A DNA stretch of 63,676 bases from Betaproteobacteria bacterium (lineage in GTDB: Bacteria > Pseudomonadota > Gammaproteobacteria > Burkholderiales > SG8-41). The translations under genes and the position numbers were made by a program. A model generated the notes under the pieces. It saw nothing but the letters and a program-made list of their open reading frames with translations. It was not told the origin of the DNA and did not search any database. Below, piece by piece: positions 41,613 through 53,156 of this stretch; within the stretch, counting starts at the first letter, position 1; the number at the start of each line of letters is the position of its first letter. Where the stretch lies: positions 1-63,676 of the forward strand of contig RPOR01000006.1 of the NCBI GenBank assembly GCA_003820645.1, written 5' to 3'.

Positions 41613-42661
41613 GATTTTCCTTTCTTGCCCTGCTGCAATTGCTGCTCCAGCAATCTGACTCTGTCCGTCAATTCACCGAGATTGCGCAGGCTGGCAGCGC
41701 TGCGGCGCCAGTTGCGGTTGGTATCGAAGGGATAGGCCCCGGTATAGGTTCCCGCCTCACGAACGGATTTTGTCACCAGCGTGTGCGCCGATATTTCGAC
41801 ATGGTCAGCGATCGTCAGATGTCCGGCGATTCCCGATGCACCGCCAATCCGGCAATAACGACCGATCCGGGAACTGCCGGCAATTCCGACGCAGGCGGCA
41901 ATGGCGGTATGTGCGCCGATGTGCACGTTGTGTGCCACCTGGATCTGGTTGTCGAGCTTGACCCCGTCCTCAATGATCGTGTCGTCGATTGCCCCCCTGT
42001 CGATAGTGGTATTCGCACCGATTTCCACATCATCGCCAATTACGACCCGTCCGATCTGCGGCACCTTGAGCCACCGTTTCTCATCCATCGCGATGCCAAA
42101 TCCGTCCGCACCGATCACCGCGCCGGCATGGACGACAGCCCGCTTGCCCAGGATACATCCGTGATAAACGGTGACGTTGGGATGGAGCAAGCTACCCTCA
42201 CCGATCGTGGCCCCGGCGCCGACGTAACTGCCGGCGCCAATCCGGCAGTCCGCGGCGATCGCGGCCCCATCCTCGACCACCACATTGGGGCCGACATGCA
42301 CGCCGCTGCCGATAATGGCCCGTGGATGGATGATCGCGCTCGGATGCAGGCCGGCAGCAACAGCCGGAAGCGGGTTCAACAGGGCCGACACTCTGGCGAA
42401 ATAGGCATAGGGGTTGGCCGCAACAATATGCGGCATGTCAAGTGATGCGCGCAATTGCTCGCCGACGATGACGGCGCCGGCACGGGTAATCTTCAGTTGT
42501 CCCAGGTAGCGCTCGTTTGCCAGAAATGCAATGGTGTCGGGCGTCGCCTTCTCCAGCGTGGCAACCTGTCTGACTTGTATGCCGGCATCGCCGATCAATT
42601 CGCCGCCTAGGCGGCCAACAATTTCTGCGAGGCTGAATGACTTTGGCAGGGGATACTCCAT
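41609..42661 (-). CDS. lpxD: UDP-3-O-(3-hydroxyacyl)glucosamine N-acyltransferase
   Basis: N-terminal LpxD domain ([16 protein letters not shown]) plus a left-handed beta-helix of hexapeptide repeats. ATGA overlap with fabZ. Confidence 0.96.
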   Translation of the reverse strand: MEYPLPKSFSLAEIVGRLGGELIGDAGIQVRQVATLEKATPDTIAFLANERYLGQLKITRAGAVIVGEQLRASLDMPHIVAANPYAYFARVSALLNPLPAVAAGLHPSAIIHPRAIIGSGVHVGPNVVVEDGAAIAADCRIGAGSYVGAGATIGEGSLLHPNVTVYHGCILGKRAVVHAGAVIGADGFGIAMDEKRWLKVPQIGRVVIGDDVEIGANTTIDRGAIDDTIIEDGVKLDNQIQVAHNVHIGAHTAIAACVGIAGSSRIGRYCRIGGASGIAGHLTIADHVEISAHTLVTKSVREAGTYTGAYPFDTNRNWRRSAASLRNLGELTDRVRLLEQQLQQGKKGKS

Positions 42662-42716
42662 CGGGAAGACGGAACGGCGTCGGGATCACAGCGCCGCGGC
42701 GCCAAGCCGGGCACGG

Positions 42717-43217
42717 CTATTTGCCTTCGGCCAGTGCTTTCAGAACCTTGTCGGTAATATCAATCTTCGGATTGCGGTACACCGCCTCCTGGAAAATGAT
42801 GTCGTACTTTTCGGCTTCGGCAATCTGCCTGATCACGCGGTTCGCCCGCTCGAACAGGGCACCCAATTCCTGGTTGCGGCGCAAATTCAGATCTTCACGA
42901 TATTCCCGCTGCATACGCTGAAAATCCAGCGTCAGCCGCCCCAGTTCCTGCTCTTTGGCGCGCCGGTCGCTCTCGATCATGGTCAACGCATCCTTTTCGA
43001 GCTGCGCCTGCATCCCTTTGATCTGACCTTCACGCCGCTTCAATTCCTCCGCGCGGGGCGCGAACTCCTTCTCCAGCTGCTTGCTCGCCCGGTCTGCCGG
43101 TGCGCTCTCGCGGGTAATGCGTTCCTGGTCGATAAAGCCGATCTTGAGTTCCGCGCCGGTCGCGAACGGAACGCCAGCTGCCAGCATCAATAATCCGGCT
43201 AACACGAATCTTTTCAA
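42717..43217 (-). CDS. skp: Periplasmic chaperone Skp (OmpH family)
   Basis: 166 aa with a signal peptide and a coiled-coil K/E/Q-rich body. Sits between bamA and lpxD. TTG start is preceded by GGAGGG. Confidence 0.88.
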   Translation of the reverse strand: MKRFVLAGLLMLAAGVPFATGAELKIGFIDQERITRESAPADRASKQLEKEFAPRAEELKRREGQIKGMQAQLEKDALTMIESDRRAKEQELGRLTLDFQRMQREYREDLNLRRNQELGALFERANRVIRQIAEAEKYDIIFQEAVYRNPKIDITDKVLKALAEGK

Positions 43218-43276
43218 ATTGCCCTCCGTGAATCTGCTCGTGGCCAGCTGTCCGGGATCATCAATACACCCCGAAT

Positions 43277-45553
43277 TCAGAATGCGCCACCAAACGTAAA
43301 CTGAAATGCCTGCGTCTTGTCAAATGGTCCCTCGTTCATCGGCGCCGCCACACTGATCTTCAGCGGTCCGAATGGCGATGACCAGAATACCGACAATCCG
43401 GTGGAATAGCGGATACCGCCCGCGTCAAACGGATAATACTTGTCGTCCACCATACCCGCGTCGAAGAACGCCCCCATCCGGACCGACTTGTCGTTTTGCA
43501 GCCCGGGGAAAGGGAAGAGGAACTCCACGTTCCCGACCAGCCGCTGGTTGCCGCCTCGCGCGTCGCCGTTGGCATCCTTGGGGCCAATCGTCGATTGCTT
43601 GAAGCCACGGACAGAGTTTACACCGCCTGCGAAGAAATTCTTGAAAAACGGCAGCGGCAATCCGTTGGTGCCATCGCCGTAGCCAGCCTCCCCGTTGACC
43701 ATCAGCGTGTAATACCGGGTCAGCGGGAAGTATCGCTGGTACTGGTAAATCAGCCGGTAATACTCCAGCGAGGCCCCGGGCAGTCCGACTTCCCCGATCG
43801 CCCGCTGCAGGGTGCCCGTAGTCGGATAAATCAGGCTATCGCGGCCATCACGCACCCACCCCGCAGTGGCGACGATCGCATCATTGTCGTTACCAAACGT
43901 TCTCACATAATCCTGGTAAAACAGCGGACTGTCGGCAAAAGTGGTGATTGAAGTATTTTCGTACGCCAGACCGTAAGTAATCGTATCCCGCTCCGTAACC
44001 GGCACGCCAAAACGGATTCCGGCACCGTTCGTCTTCGTCACATAGCGTCCGATCCCGCCTTCGGTGCCGTCTATCTCACGCGAGTAGATGTCAAAGCCCT
44101 GGCTGATCCCGTCGACGGTAAAGTACGGATCCGTATACGAAAGCGCGTAAACGGTATTGACCTTGCTGGTATTCACCGCAATCGACACAAATTTTCCGGA
44201 ACCGAAAATGTTCTGTTGGGCTATCGATCCCGACAATGTGACACCTTCGCTGCTGCCAAAGCCCGCGCCCAGCAATACGTTCCCGGTCGGCTTTTCCACA
44301 ACCGAAAAATTTACATCGACCTGGTCCGTGGTGCCTGTCACCGACGGTGTCTCCACGGTGACCTCGTTGAAGTAGCCTAATCGGTCGACGCGGCTGCGCG
44401 AGAGATTGATTTTTTCCGCCGAATACCAACCGCCTTCCAGTTGCCGCATTTCGCGGCGGATCACCTCATCGCGCGTGCGATTGTTTCCTGCGACATTGAT
44501 GCGCCGTACATAGACACGACGGCCGGGATCTATGAAAAACGTGAACGCGGCCTGATGCTTGATTTTGTCGAGATCGGGTGCAGCGTTCACATTGGCAAAG
44601 GCATAGCCGTCGTTACCAAGGCGGTCGCTGATATTCTTGGTCGATTCTGTAATCCTGGTGCGGGAGAACACCTCGCCGGGCTTGACCGTAATGAGTTTGA
44701 GTATTTCCGCCTCGGGCAACAGCATCTCGCCGGCTACCTTGACCTCCGAGACCGTGTATTTCGGCCCCTCCGTCACACCGATGCTGATGAAGATATCTCT
44801 CTTGTCGGGCGATATCGTCACTTGGGTCGAATCAATGTTGAACTCCAGATACCCCCGGTCGAGATAATGGGAGCGCAGCACCTCCAGATCGGCGGACAGT
44901 TTCTGCCGGGAATACTGGTCGTGCTTGCTCCACCAGGTCATCAGGCCCGGCGTACGCAGCACGAACAGGCTGAGGAGGTCCTTCTCGCTGAATACCTTCG
45001 CGCCGACGATGCCGATTTGCCTGATCTTGGCGACCTCGCCTTCGTCGACATTGAAATTGATTGCAACCCGGTTTCTCTCCAGCGGCGTCACCGTAGTCGT
45101 CACGGCAACCGCGTAGCGGCCGCGACTGAGATACTGCCGCTTGAGTTCCTGTTCCGCCCGATCGAGTTGCGCTCGGTCAAAAATCCGCCCATCGCCCAGA
45201 CCGATCTGGCGCAGGCTCTTGATCAGTTGATCCTTTTCGAACTCCTTGACACCCAGAAATTCGACCTGCGCAATTGAGGGTCGTTCCTGCACGGCCACGA
45301 CGACGACACCACCGTCAGCCTCGATCGCTACGTCCTTGAAAAATCCGGTGCCGAACAAGGCCCTGATGGCCTGAGCCGCTTTTTCATCGGTCATCGTATC
45401 GCCGACTTTCAGCGGCAGGTAGCTGAATACGGTGCCCGCTTCAATCCGTTGTATGCCTTCTACACGTATGTCCTTTACGACAAACGGTTCGATCGCCAGC
45501 ACCGGGGACGATATCATCACCAATGCCGCGCATACCCAACGTAAAAATGCCAT
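43277..45553 (-). CDS. bamA: Outer membrane protein assembly factor BamA
   Basis: 758 aa with a signal peptide and POTRA repeats (FVVKDIRVEGIQRIEAGTV...). C-terminal beta-barrel ends ...FQFTFGGAF. Confidence 0.97.
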   Translation of the reverse strand: MAFLRWVCAALVMISSPVLAIEPFVVKDIRVEGIQRIEAGTVFSYLPLKVGDTMTDEKAAQAIRALFGTGFFKDVAIEADGGVVVVAVQERPSIAQVEFLGVKEFEKDQLIKSLRQIGLGDGRIFDRAQLDRAEQELKRQYLSRGRYAVAVTTTVTPLERNRVAINFNVDEGEVAKIRQIGIVGAKVFSEKDLLSLFVLRTPGLMTWWSKHDQYSRQKLSADLEVLRSHYLDRGYLEFNIDSTQVTISPDKRDIFISIGVTEGPKYTVSEVKVAGEMLLPEAEILKLITVKPGEVFSRTRITESTKNISDRLGNDGYAFANVNAAPDLDKIKHQAAFTFFIDPGRRVYVRRINVAGNNRTRDEVIRREMRQLEGGWYSAEKINLSRSRVDRLGYFNEVTVETPSVTGTTDQVDVNFSVVEKPTGNVLLGAGFGSSEGVTLSGSIAQQNIFGSGKFVSIAVNTSKVNTVYALSYTDPYFTVDGISQGFDIYSREIDGTEGGIGRYVTKTNGAGIRFGVPVTERDTITYGLAYENTSITTFADSPLFYQDYVRTFGNDNDAIVATAGWVRDGRDSLIYPTTGTLQRAIGEVGLPGASLEYYRLIYQYQRYFPLTRYYTLMVNGEAGYGDGTNGLPLPFFKNFFAGGVNSVRGFKQSTIGPKDANGDARGGNQRLVGNVEFLFPFPGLQNDKSVRMGAFFDAGMVDDKYYPFDAGGIRYSTGLSVFWSSPFGPLKISVAAPMNEGPFDKTQAFQFTFGGAF

Positions 45554-45555
45554 AT

Positions 45556-46923
45556 TTAGCTGCCGATCAGGCGGATGATGTCGTTGTACAAAGCAAAAGC
45601 CATCAAGGCAAACAGCAGGGCCATGCCAATCTGCTGCCCAACCTCCATCACTTTCTCAGACACCGGTTTTCCGGTAAGAATCTCGACCGAATAATACATC
45701 AAGTGCCCCCCGTCCAATAACGGGATGGGCAGCAGATTGAGCACGCCGAGACTGATACTGATCAGCCCCAGAAACAGCAAGTAGGATATCCAGCCGTTCT
45801 GCGCGGATTGCCCGGCATAATCCGCGATGGTGATCGGCCCGCTCAGATTTTTCAGCGAAACGTCGCCTACGATCATTTTTCCGAGCATGCGCAAGCTGAA
45901 AATCGCCGTTTCCCATGTTTTAACGGCAGCCTTCGCCACGCTCTCGACGGGCCCGTAACTGACGTCGGCAATCATGCGCTTCATCGCGGCCGGGTCCATC
46001 CTTGGCGACGCACCAATGCGTCCGAATTTGACCTCGCCTTCGTCAATCGGATCGGGAGTAACCGCCAGGGACTGGATTTCGACGTCCCCGCGCTTTACGC
46101 GGAATTGCAGCGTCCGCCCGGGTGCAGCGCGGACGCTCGTCACCAGCAGGTCCCAGGTTTCGACAGGTTGCCCGTCGATGGCCAGCACCCGGTCTCCTGC
46201 CTGCAGGCCTGCCCGCGCCGCAGATCCGCTGCCGGTCAACTCACCAATCACAGGTGGCAATACCAGGCGCATCCGACTGAAACCCAGCGCACCGAGAACA
46301 TCGCCCTCGACATCCCGGGGTGCGAGTTCGTCAAGACGCAGCGCGCGCGTGACTGGTGTTCCCTGCTCGGTTTTAAGGCCCACGCTGACCGTCTGCCGGT
46401 CGAGGGCCCGCTGCAGCATGATCCAGCGGAAATCCTGCCATGACCGCACTGCCGCACCGTCGACATCAAGCACCGTCTCGCCAGCAACAAAACCTGCGCG
46501 GGCAGCCATGCTGCCGGCAGCAGGCTCGGCGAGCACCGGTATCAGGCCCGGTATGCCATGCACGAACAAAACCCAGTACAGCACGATGGCGGCCAAAAAA
46601 TTGGCCGCCGGCCCTGCCGCGACAATCGCGAATCGCTGCCAGACCGGTTTGCGGTTAAACGCGCGATGAAGTTCATGCCGCCCGACTTCTCCTTCACGCT
46701 CGTCGAGCATTTTCACGTAGCCGCCCAGCGGGATCGCGGCAATCACCCATTGCGTAGCGTCGCGCCCGATCGTCTTTGACCATACCGGCTTGCCGAAGCC
46801 AACGGAAAACCGCAGCACTTTGACGTTGCAGCGGCGGGCAACCCAATAATGGCCAAACTCGTGCACCACGATCAGCACGCTGAGTGCCACCACGAATGCA
46901 ATCACCGTCATCAGCAGACTCAT
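45556..46923 (-). CDS. rseP: RIP zinc metalloprotease RseP
   Basis: HEFGHYWVARRCNVKV (HExxH), two PDZ domains, and LNLLPIPLLDGGH. I use the ATG at 46923. Confidence 0.96.
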   Translation of the reverse strand: MSLLMTVIAFVVALSVLIVVHEFGHYWVARRCNVKVLRFSVGFGKPVWSKTIGRDATQWVIAAIPLGGYVKMLDEREGEVGRHELHRAFNRKPVWQRFAIVAAGPAANFLAAIVLYWVLFVHGIPGLIPVLAEPAAGSMAARAGFVAGETVLDVDGAAVRSWQDFRWIMLQRALDRQTVSVGLKTEQGTPVTRALRLDELAPRDVEGDVLGALGFSRMRLVLPPVIGELTGSGSAARAGLQAGDRVLAIDGQPVETWDLLVTSVRAAPGRTLQFRVKRGDVEIQSLAVTPDPIDEGEVKFGRIGASPRMDPAAMKRMIADVSYGPVESVAKAAVKTWETAIFSLRMLGKMIVGDVSLKNLSGPITIADYAGQSAQNGWISYLLFLGLISISLGVLNLLPIPLLDGGHLMYYSVEILTGKPVSEKVMEVGQQIGMALLFALMAFALYNDIIRLIGS

Positions 46924-46930
46924 CTCCGTG

Positions 46931-48133
46931 TCAGCCTCTTCCCGCCTTCTTTGGCACGGACCAGCTGGCGCATGCGGCAAGCGCGTCGACCCGCGCCTGC
47001 CGGTCGGCGCGCTCCACGTCATCAAGCGACGTTACTGGCCGAACGGGCGTTGCGGCTACGACCCGCTCTATCAACGCTGGAATATCGGTAAAAGCGATAC
47101 GGTGATCCAGGAATTCCGCTACCGCGATCTCGTTGACCGCATTCAGTGCAACCACGGCTGTGCCACCCGCCCGCAATGCATCATAGGCGATCCGCAGGCA
47201 TGGAAAGCGCGCCAGATCCGGTGCCTCGAAGCTCAGGTTGCCAACGCGTGCCAGATCCAGAAAATCCGCGCCTGACGCAATACGCTCGGGATGCCCCAGC
47301 GCGTGTGCGATCGGAGTGCGCATGTCCGGATTGCCCAACTGCGCGATCACCGAGCCATCGCAATACTCGACCAGCGAGTGCACCACGCTCTGCGGATGGA
47401 TTACCACCTCGATCATCTGCGGATCGGCAGCGAACAGCCAATGCGCTTCGATCACTTCCAGGCCCTTGTTCATCATCGTTGCAGAGTCCACGGATATCTT
47501 GCGCCCCATCACCCAGTTGGGATGCGCAACCGCTTCTTCCGGCGTGACCCGCGCCATCTGTCCAATAGGCAGCGTCCGGAACGGCCCCCCGGAAGCAGTC
47601 AGCAGGATGCGCCGCACCCCGCAATCAGCCAGCGATCGGTCACGAAAAATCGGCAGAGCCTGGAATATTGCATTGTGCTCACTGTCGATCGGCAGCAATT
47701 CCGCACCGCTGTCGCGCACGGCAGACATGAACACCGCGCCCGCCGTGACCAGCGCTTCCTTGTTCGCCAGGAGAATTCTTTTTCCGGATCGTGCTGCCGC
47801 GAGTGCCGGACGCAGTCCGGCGATACCCACTATGGCCGCCACCACGGTAGTGACCTCAGGTAACGCGGCGACGCGCTCCAGCGCCTGCTCTCCGCACAGC
47901 ACTTCGGTGGCAATTTCGGCCAGTCGCAGACGTTGTTGCAAACCCTCGGCGGCATCGGCATCCAGCAATACCGCGTATTTCGGCAAAAAACGGCGGCATT
48001 GGTCAAACAGCACATCGGCGCGCGACCGCGCAGCGAGCGCAGTCACCGCAAAGCGCTGTGGATTGCGTGCGACCACATCCAGCGTGCTGACGCCGATGCT
48101 GCCGGTAGATCCAAGTATGGTCAGATATTGCAT
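46931..48133 (-). CDS. dxr: 1-deoxy-D-xylulose 5-phosphate reductoisomerase
   Basis: [17 protein letters not shown]...LANKEALV...[11 protein letters not shown]...[23 protein letters not shown]. Confidence 0.97.
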   Translation of the reverse strand: MQYLTILGSTGSIGVSTLDVVARNPQRFAVTALAARSRADVLFDQCRRFLPKYAVLLDADAAEGLQQRLRLAEIATEVLCGEQALERVAALPEVTTVVAAIVGIAGLRPALAAARSGKRILLANKEALVTAGAVFMSAVRDSGAELLPIDSEHNAIFQALPIFRDRSLADCGVRRILLTASGGPFRTLPIGQMARVTPEEAVAHPNWVMGRKISVDSATMMNKGLEVIEAHWLFAADPQMIEVVIHPQSVVHSLVEYCDGSVIAQLGNPDMRTPIAHALGHPERIASGADFLDLARVGNLSFEAPDLARFPCLRIAYDALRAGGTAVVALNAVNEIAVAEFLDHRIAFTDIPALIERVVAATPVRPVTSLDDVERADRQARVDALAACASWSVPKKAGRG

Positions 48134-48137
48134 GATT

Positions 48138-48953
48138 TCAACTGCGTTGCAGCATCCATGGCACCGCCAATGCCGCGAGCGGCAGGGTTGCCGTCAGGCC
48201 ATCGATTCGATCGAGAACACCACCGTGGCCAGGCAGCAGTCTGCTACTGTCCTTGACCCCCGCCTGACGCTTGATCCAGGACTCGAACAGGTCACCGAGG
48301 ATGCTCAGCGGCAACAGGACAGCCACCAGTGCCGTTGCCGCGATCGCTGCGCCGGGCATCACACTGCGAAATCCAAAATACCAGACCAACGCATGATACA
48401 CCGCGACTGCAACCACAGCCCCGGCAACACCCTCCCAGGTTTTTCCCGGGCTGATCGAGGGCGCCAGTTTGTGACGTCCCCAGACATGCCCGGCGAAATA
48501 GGCCGCAATGTCGGCCACCCAGACCACGCCGAGCACCGCGAGCAACACCCAGGGCCATTGCTGCAGCCGTACGAGTGCCAGCCAAGTGGGCACAATCAGC
48601 AACCATCCGCTCGGCATCAGCAATAACGGACTGCGCGCACGCCAGCCGAAACGCAACCATGCCGGCGCGCAAACGAGCCAGAACATCCCGGCAACCCCGT
48701 AAGTGGCCCGCTCAAAGGCGATAAACGCAACATGCTGCATCCCCAGCAACACCATCAGTGCAGTCACCAGAACTGCCAAACAGAAACCCCATTGGCCGGC
48801 GCGCCCGAAACCCGACAGCACGGCCCACTCCCAGGCAGCGGCAAGCAGGAACGGCAACAGCCCGACAGCCCATCCGCCGGTCGGCAGGAAAAACAGGCCC
48901 CCGACAAACAGCGGGAGCAGCACGGCTGCGGTAATGACCCGGGTCAGGAGCAC
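48138..48953 (-). CDS. cdsA: Phosphatidate cytidylyltransferase
   Basis: Polytopic membrane protein with the C-terminal signature [31 protein letters not shown] start. Confidence 0.94.
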   Translation of the reverse strand: MLLTRVITAAVLLPLFVGGLFFLPTGGWAVGLLPFLLAAAWEWAVLSGFGRAGQWGFCLAVLVTALMVLLGMQHVAFIAFERATYGVAGMFWLVCAPAWLRFGWRARSPLLLMPSGWLLIVPTWLALVRLQQWPWVLLAVLGVVWVADIAAYFAGHVWGRHKLAPSISPGKTWEGVAGAVVAVAVYHALVWYFGFRSVMPGAAIAATALVAVLLPLSILGDLFESWIKRQAGVKDSSRLLPGHGGVLDRIDGLTATLPLAALAVPWMLQRS

Positions 48954-48986
48954 GATTCAGACAACGGCAGGAAACAAAGCCGTATT

Positions 48987-49760
48987 TCAGCCGCGCGCCG
49001 TACGGCTCGCAGCATCCGGTGCGACCGCGACTTGTTCGCTGGTGCGCCCGAACCGGCGCTCCCGCTGCTGGTAGGAGGCGATTGCCTTGGCGAGAGCCTT
49101 CGCGTCAAAGTCCGGCCACAGCGTGTCGGTGAAATACAGTTCGGTATACGCCAGCTGCCACAGCAGGAAATTGCTGATGCGCATTTCGCCACCGGTACGA
49201 ATGAACAGATCCGGCTCGGGCAGATCTCCCAGAGACAGGTAAGGCAGCAGTTGTGTCTCGGTCCATTGCTCACGATCTCCGCCATGGGCGCTGCGCAGCC
49301 GGTTGACCGCCTGCATGATGTCCCAGCGACCGCCGTAATTGGCCGCCACCGTGAGCGTCAGTCCCTGATTGCCGGCAGTGAGCTGTTGCGCGTTGTCGAT
49401 CAGGGCAACCAGCGCCGGTTCAAACCGCGAGATATCACCAATGACCCGGAAGCGGATGCCGTTGCGATGCAGGCGTTCGACCTCCTGCTGCAGCGCGCTG
49501 ACGAACAGTTGCATCAGCAATGAGACCTCGTCGGCGGGTCGGCGCCAGTTCTCGCTGCTGAAAGCGAACAGCGTCAGTGCCTCAACGCCGCGCTCGGCGC
49601 ACTCCTGAACCACGTTGCGCACGACCTCCACACCCTTGCGGTGCCCGGCCACCCGCGGCAGAAAACGGCGCTTGGCCCACCGGCCATTGCCATCCATGAT
49701 GATGGCCACATGGCGCGGCACCGCGCCGACCTCTGGAATCTCCTGTGTGGAACTGGCCAC
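48987..49760 (-). CDS. uppS: Ditrans,polycis-undecaprenyl-diphosphate synthase
   Basis: [16 protein letters not shown]...[13 protein letters not shown]...[27 protein letters not shown] start. Confidence 0.96.
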   Translation of the reverse strand: MASSTQEIPEVGAVPRHVAIIMDGNGRWAKRRFLPRVAGHRKGVEVVRNVVQECAERGVEALTLFAFSSENWRRPADEVSLLMQLFVSALQQEVERLHRNGIRFRVIGDISRFEPALVALIDNAQQLTAGNQGLTLTVAANYGGRWDIMQAVNRLRSAHGGDREQWTETQLLPYLSLGDLPEPDLFIRTGGEMRISNFLLWQLAYTELYFTDTLWPDFDAKALAKAIASYQQRERRFGRTSEQVAVAPDAASRTARG

Positions 49761-49769
49761 GGAGGCGGA

Positions 49770-50327
49770 TCAGATCGCCATGAGGTCGGTTTCCTTGACC
49801 TCCAGGGCCTTGTCGATATCGGCGATGGCACGATCCGTGAGCTTCTGGATGTCGTCCTGCGCCCGGCGTTCCTCGTCTTCCGCAACCTCCTTCTTCTTGA
49901 GCATTTCCTTGAGCTGGGCGTTGGCATCGCGCCGTACATTGCGCACGGCAACCTTTGCATTCTCGCCCTCATGCCGCACAACCTTGATCAGGTCGCGGCG
50001 CCGCTCCTCGGTCAGTGCCGGCATCGGCACCCGCACGATGTCGCCCTGTGTGGCCGGATTCAGACCGAGATCGCTGTCTCGAATCGCCTTTTCCACCGCA
50101 GACACCATTTTCTTCTCCCACGGGTTGACCCCGATCGTCCGTCCGTCGAGCAGCGTGACATTGGCTACCTGCGGCAATGGCGTCGGAGTGCCGTAATAAT
50201 CCACCATGACGTGGTCCAGCAACCCGGTGTGTGCGCGACCAGTCCGGATCTTGCCCAGATCGGTTTTCAGGGCCTCGACCGTTTTTTTCATTTTCTGTTC
50301 GGCATTTTTCTTCACATCAGCAATCAT
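49770..50327 (-). CDS. frr: Ribosome recycling factor
   Basis: [32 protein letters not shown].... ATG at 50327 is preceded by GGAGG at 5-nt spacing. Confidence 0.97.
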   Translation of the reverse strand: MIADVKKNAEQKMKKTVEALKTDLGKIRTGRAHTGLLDHVMVDYYGTPTPLPQVANVTLLDGRTIGVNPWEKKMVSAVEKAIRDSDLGLNPATQGDIVRVPMPALTEERRRDLIKVVRHEGENAKVAVRNVRRDANAQLKEMLKKKEVAEDEERRAQDDIQKLTDRAIADIDKALEVKETDLMAI

Positions 50328-50339
50328 GGTCACCTCCAG

Positions 50340-51059
50340 TCAAACATGAACCATTGTTCCTTCGTCCTCACCCATGACAACCCGCTTCAGCGCCTGCGGC
50401 TTGAAAATGCTGAATACGTTGATCGGCAATTTCTGGTCACGGCAAAGTGTCAGCGCCGTCGCATCCATCACCTTCAGGTTCTTGATGATCGCCTCGTCGA
50501 ACGTCAGCCGCTGGTAGCGCATCGCATCCGGATGCGTTTGCGGATCGTCGGTGTAGACGCCATCGACCTTGGTCGCCTTCAACACCAGATCAACATTCAT
50601 CTCCATGCCGCGCAGTGCCGCCGCGGTATCGGTGGTAAAAAATGGATTGCCGGTGCCGGCGGCAAAAATGACGATTTTGCCCTCTTCGAGGTAGCGCATC
50701 GCCTTGCCGCGGATATAAGGCTCGACCACCTGCTCAATGTTCAGCGCGGATTGCACACGACTCAGCAGACCGGCATGCCGCATTGCATCCTGCAGTGCCA
50801 GCGCATTCATCACCGTTGCCAGCATGCCCATGTAATCGGCCGTGGCGCGATCCATGTGTGACGCCGCAGGGGCGATGCCACGAAAAATATTGCCCCCGCC
50901 GATCACCACCGCCACCTCGACACCCAGTCGCGACACTTCCGCCACCTCGCCGACGATGCGGTCGATGGTGTTGCGGTTGATGCCATAGTTGTCTTCGCCC
51001 ATCAACGCCTCCCCGCTGAGTTTCAGCAGGATGCGTTTATAGGCTGGGGCGTGCGCCAT
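50340..51059 (-). CDS. pyrH: UMP kinase
   Basis: [15 protein letters not shown]...[11 protein letters not shown].... Confidence 0.97.
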   Translation of the reverse strand: MAHAPAYKRILLKLSGEALMGEDNYGINRNTIDRIVGEVAEVSRLGVEVAVVIGGGNIFRGIAPAASHMDRATADYMGMLATVMNALALQDAMRHAGLLSRVQSALNIEQVVEPYIRGKAMRYLEEGKIVIFAAGTGNPFFTTDTAAALRGMEMNVDLVLKATKVDGVYTDDPQTHPDAMRYQRLTFDEAIIKNLKVMDATALTLCRDQKLPINVFSIFKPQALKRVVMGEDEGTMVHV

Positions 51060-51090
51060 AATTTATGTAACCAACTGTTTAATATTATTT

Positions 51091-52002
51091 TTATACGCGC
51101 TGCCGGGCCTGACCGACCTGTGCCATGACTTCGGCGGCGAAATCATCCTTTTTCTTCTCGATGCCTTCCCCAACCACATAAAGCTGAAAACCCGCAACGC
51201 TCGCCTGCGCCGATTTCAGCAACTGCTCCACCGTCTGCTTGTCGTCCTTGACGAAGGGCTGGCCCAGCAACGTCACTTCCTTCAGGAATTTCTGCACCGT
51301 CCCCTCGACGCGCTTCGCCATGATCTCCGGCGGAATCGCCTTCCCGGACTTGGCAGCGTCTTCCGCCGCTTTGTCGGCCGCCACGCGACGCTCGGTTTCA
51401 ATGGCATCGGCCGGCACCCCTGAGGCATCGAGCGCCTTCGGTTTGCTGGCCGCCACATGCATCGCGAGGTCTTTGCCCATCGCATCGCTGCCGCCGACCA
51501 GGTCCACCAGCACGCCGATTTTCGCACCGCCATGAATATAGGAAGCGAGGCGCCCTCTTGCATCGATCCGCGCAAAGCGGCGGATGCTCAGGTTTTCGCC
51601 GATCTTGCCGATCAGTGCCTTGCGCCGCTCGTCCACCGTCATCCCGTCCAGCACCACTCCGGACAGCGCGGCGACGTCCACGGGATTTTTTTCTGCAACC
51701 AGTTGTGCGAGCGCTCCCGTAAAGGCCAGAAAATCCTCATTCTTGGCGACGAAATCAGTTTCGCAATTGACTTCAACAATTGCGCCCAGTTTGCCGTCCG
51801 CCGCAATGTACACGGCTACCACACCTTCAGCCGCGATCCGCGATGCCGCTTTGCTGGCCTTGTTGCCGAGCTTGACCCGCAGGATCTCTTCCGCTTTTTC
51901 CATCTCGCCGCCGGCTTCCGTCAGTGCTTTCTTGCACTCCATCATCGGGGCATCGGTTTTCTCGCGAAGTTCCCGCACCATGCCTGCCGTAATCTCTGCC
52001 AT
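51091..52002 (-). CDS. tsf: Translation elongation factor Ts
   Basis: [43 protein letters not shown] choose the ATG at 52002 on GAGGA spacing. The longer ORF-track N-terminus is spurious. Confidence 0.97.
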   Translation of the reverse strand: MAEITAGMVRELREKTDAPMMECKKALTEAGGEMEKAEEILRVKLGNKASKAASRIAAEGVVAVYIAADGKLGAIVEVNCETDFVAKNEDFLAFTGALAQLVAEKNPVDVAALSGVVLDGMTVDERRKALIGKIGENLSIRRFARIDARGRLASYIHGGAKIGVLVDLVGGSDAMGKDLAMHVAASKPKALDASGVPADAIETERRVAADKAAEDAAKSGKAIPPEIMAKRVEGTVQKFLKEVTLLGQPFVKDDKQTVEQLLKSAQASVAGFQLYVVGEGIEKKKDDFAAEVMAQVGQARQRV

Positions 52003-52027
52003 TGCTGCCATTCCTCTTGCGCCAATT

Positions 52028-52052
52028 AAAAAAAAGGGGCTGTGCGCCCCTT
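52028..52052 (-). terminator. Intrinsic terminator/attenuator between rpsB and tsf
   Basis: The minus strand reads AAGGGGC-GCACA-GCCCCTT followed by a T-run. The stem is GGGGC (52036-52040) / GCCCC (46-50), extended by AA/TT. The T-run is the complement of the eight A's at 52028-52035, two of which also close the stem. Confidence 0.65.
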
Positions 52053-52072
52053 GAGTGTATCCTTGCGCCTGT

Positions 52073-52825
52073 TCAGGCACCCGCGGCTTCGCCGTCCTCG
52101 ACCTCGACGAACTCGTCCGACCCGCCGCTGACGATTTCCTTGATGCTGGTATTGCGGCCTTCAAGCACCGCATCCGCCATGCCGCGTGCGTAGAGCTTGA
52201 TCGCACGATTGGAATCGTCGTTGCCGGGAATCACGTAATCCACGCCGTCCGGCGAATGGTTGGTATCGACAACACCGATGACCGGAATGCCCAGCTTCTT
52301 CGCCTCGGTGATTGCGCCCTTCTGGTAGCCCACATCGATTACGAACAGTGCGTCCGGCAGCCGGTCCATATTCTTGATACCGCCAAGGCTGCGCTCGAGC
52401 TTGGCAATCTCGCGGTCGTACTGCAACGCCTCCTTTTTCGTCAGCTTCTCCAGCGAGCCGTCCTCGCGCATTGCCTCCAGATTCTTCAGACGCTGGATCG
52501 ACTGCTTAACCGTTTTGTAGTTGGTCAGCATGCCGCCCAGCCAGCGATAATCGACGTAAGGCGAACTGCACCGTTGCGCCTCTTCACGCACGATGTCCCG
52601 CGCCTGGCGTTTGGTACCGACAAACAGTACGCTGCCCTTGTTCGAGGTGAGCTGGCGCACGAATTTCAGCGCCTCGTGGTACATGGTCATCGTCTTTTCG
52701 AGATTGACGATGTGTATCTTGTTGCGATGTCCGAAAATGTACGGTGCCATTTTCGGATTCCAGAAACGCGTTTGATGACCGAAATGTACTCCGGCCTCAA
52801 GCATTTCACGCATGGTGACTGACAT
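52073..52825 (-). CDS. rpsB: 30S ribosomal protein S2
   Basis: [32 protein letters not shown].... Confidence 0.98.
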   Translation of the reverse strand: MSVTMREMLEAGVHFGHQTRFWNPKMAPYIFGHRNKIHIVNLEKTMTMYHEALKFVRQLTSNKGSVLFVGTKRQARDIVREEAQRCSSPYVDYRWLGGMLTNYKTVKQSIQRLKNLEAMREDGSLEKLTKKEALQYDREIAKLERSLGGIKNMDRLPDALFVIDVGYQKGAITEAKKLGIPVIGVVDTNHSPDGVDYVIPGNDDSNRAIKLYARGMADAVLEGRNTSIKEIVSGGSDEFVEVEDGEAAGA

Positions 52826-52857
52826 GATTCAACATTCTCCAGTTAGGGTTAATCCGC

Positions 52858-52908
52858 CACCTGTCCATTGCGACCCGGAAATCCGGGCACCCTTAACGTC
52901 GACAGGTG
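52858..52908 (-). promoter_or_regulatory. Structured 5' leader of rpsB (nested stem-loops), possible S2 autoregulatory element
   Basis: Outer stem CACCTGTC (52858-52865) / GACAGGTG (52901-52908) encloses the hairpin CCCGG-AAAT-CCGGG (52874-52887). The structure lies 33-83 nt upstream of the rpsB ATG. Confidence 0.35.
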
Positions 52909-53084
52909 TGTGGGTTGTTGCTCGAATTCGAGCCCGGCAAAAAATGACCAGTCCAGAATCAAACTAACTTCTTATTTTAACACGTAAAAACAATTCTCCT
53001 CAAGCCGCCGCTGCTGCCGCAATGCCCCTCATCCCGCAACCGGTCGCCAGCGCCGGAATCCGAATTTTTTGAATGGTAACAACC

Positions 53085-53093
53085 TGTTAGAAT
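53085..53093 (+). promoter_or_regulatory. Candidate extended -10 promoter for map(-glnD)
   Basis: TGTTAGAAT fits the TGn + TAGAAT pattern. It lies ~64 nt upstream of the map ATG. No good -35 at 17-nt spacing. Confidence 0.3.
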
Positions 53094-53156
53094 CGCCGCT
53101 CTACGCAACAACCCGACTTCCCGCGCAGCCGCACGGCGCGCACCGAAAGCGCCGTA

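Noticed and set aside
43215-43217. Unusual TTG/GTG start codons (skp, lepB, trmH-like, rnc, lpxA, lpxB, cdsA, uppS, NTase) as possible annotation errors or recoding.
   Set aside because: Most keep the family-typical N-terminus, and several have a good SD at correct spacing (GGAGGG for skp, GGAG for lepB and the NTase). Non-ATG starts at this frequency are normal in GC-rich proteobacteria.
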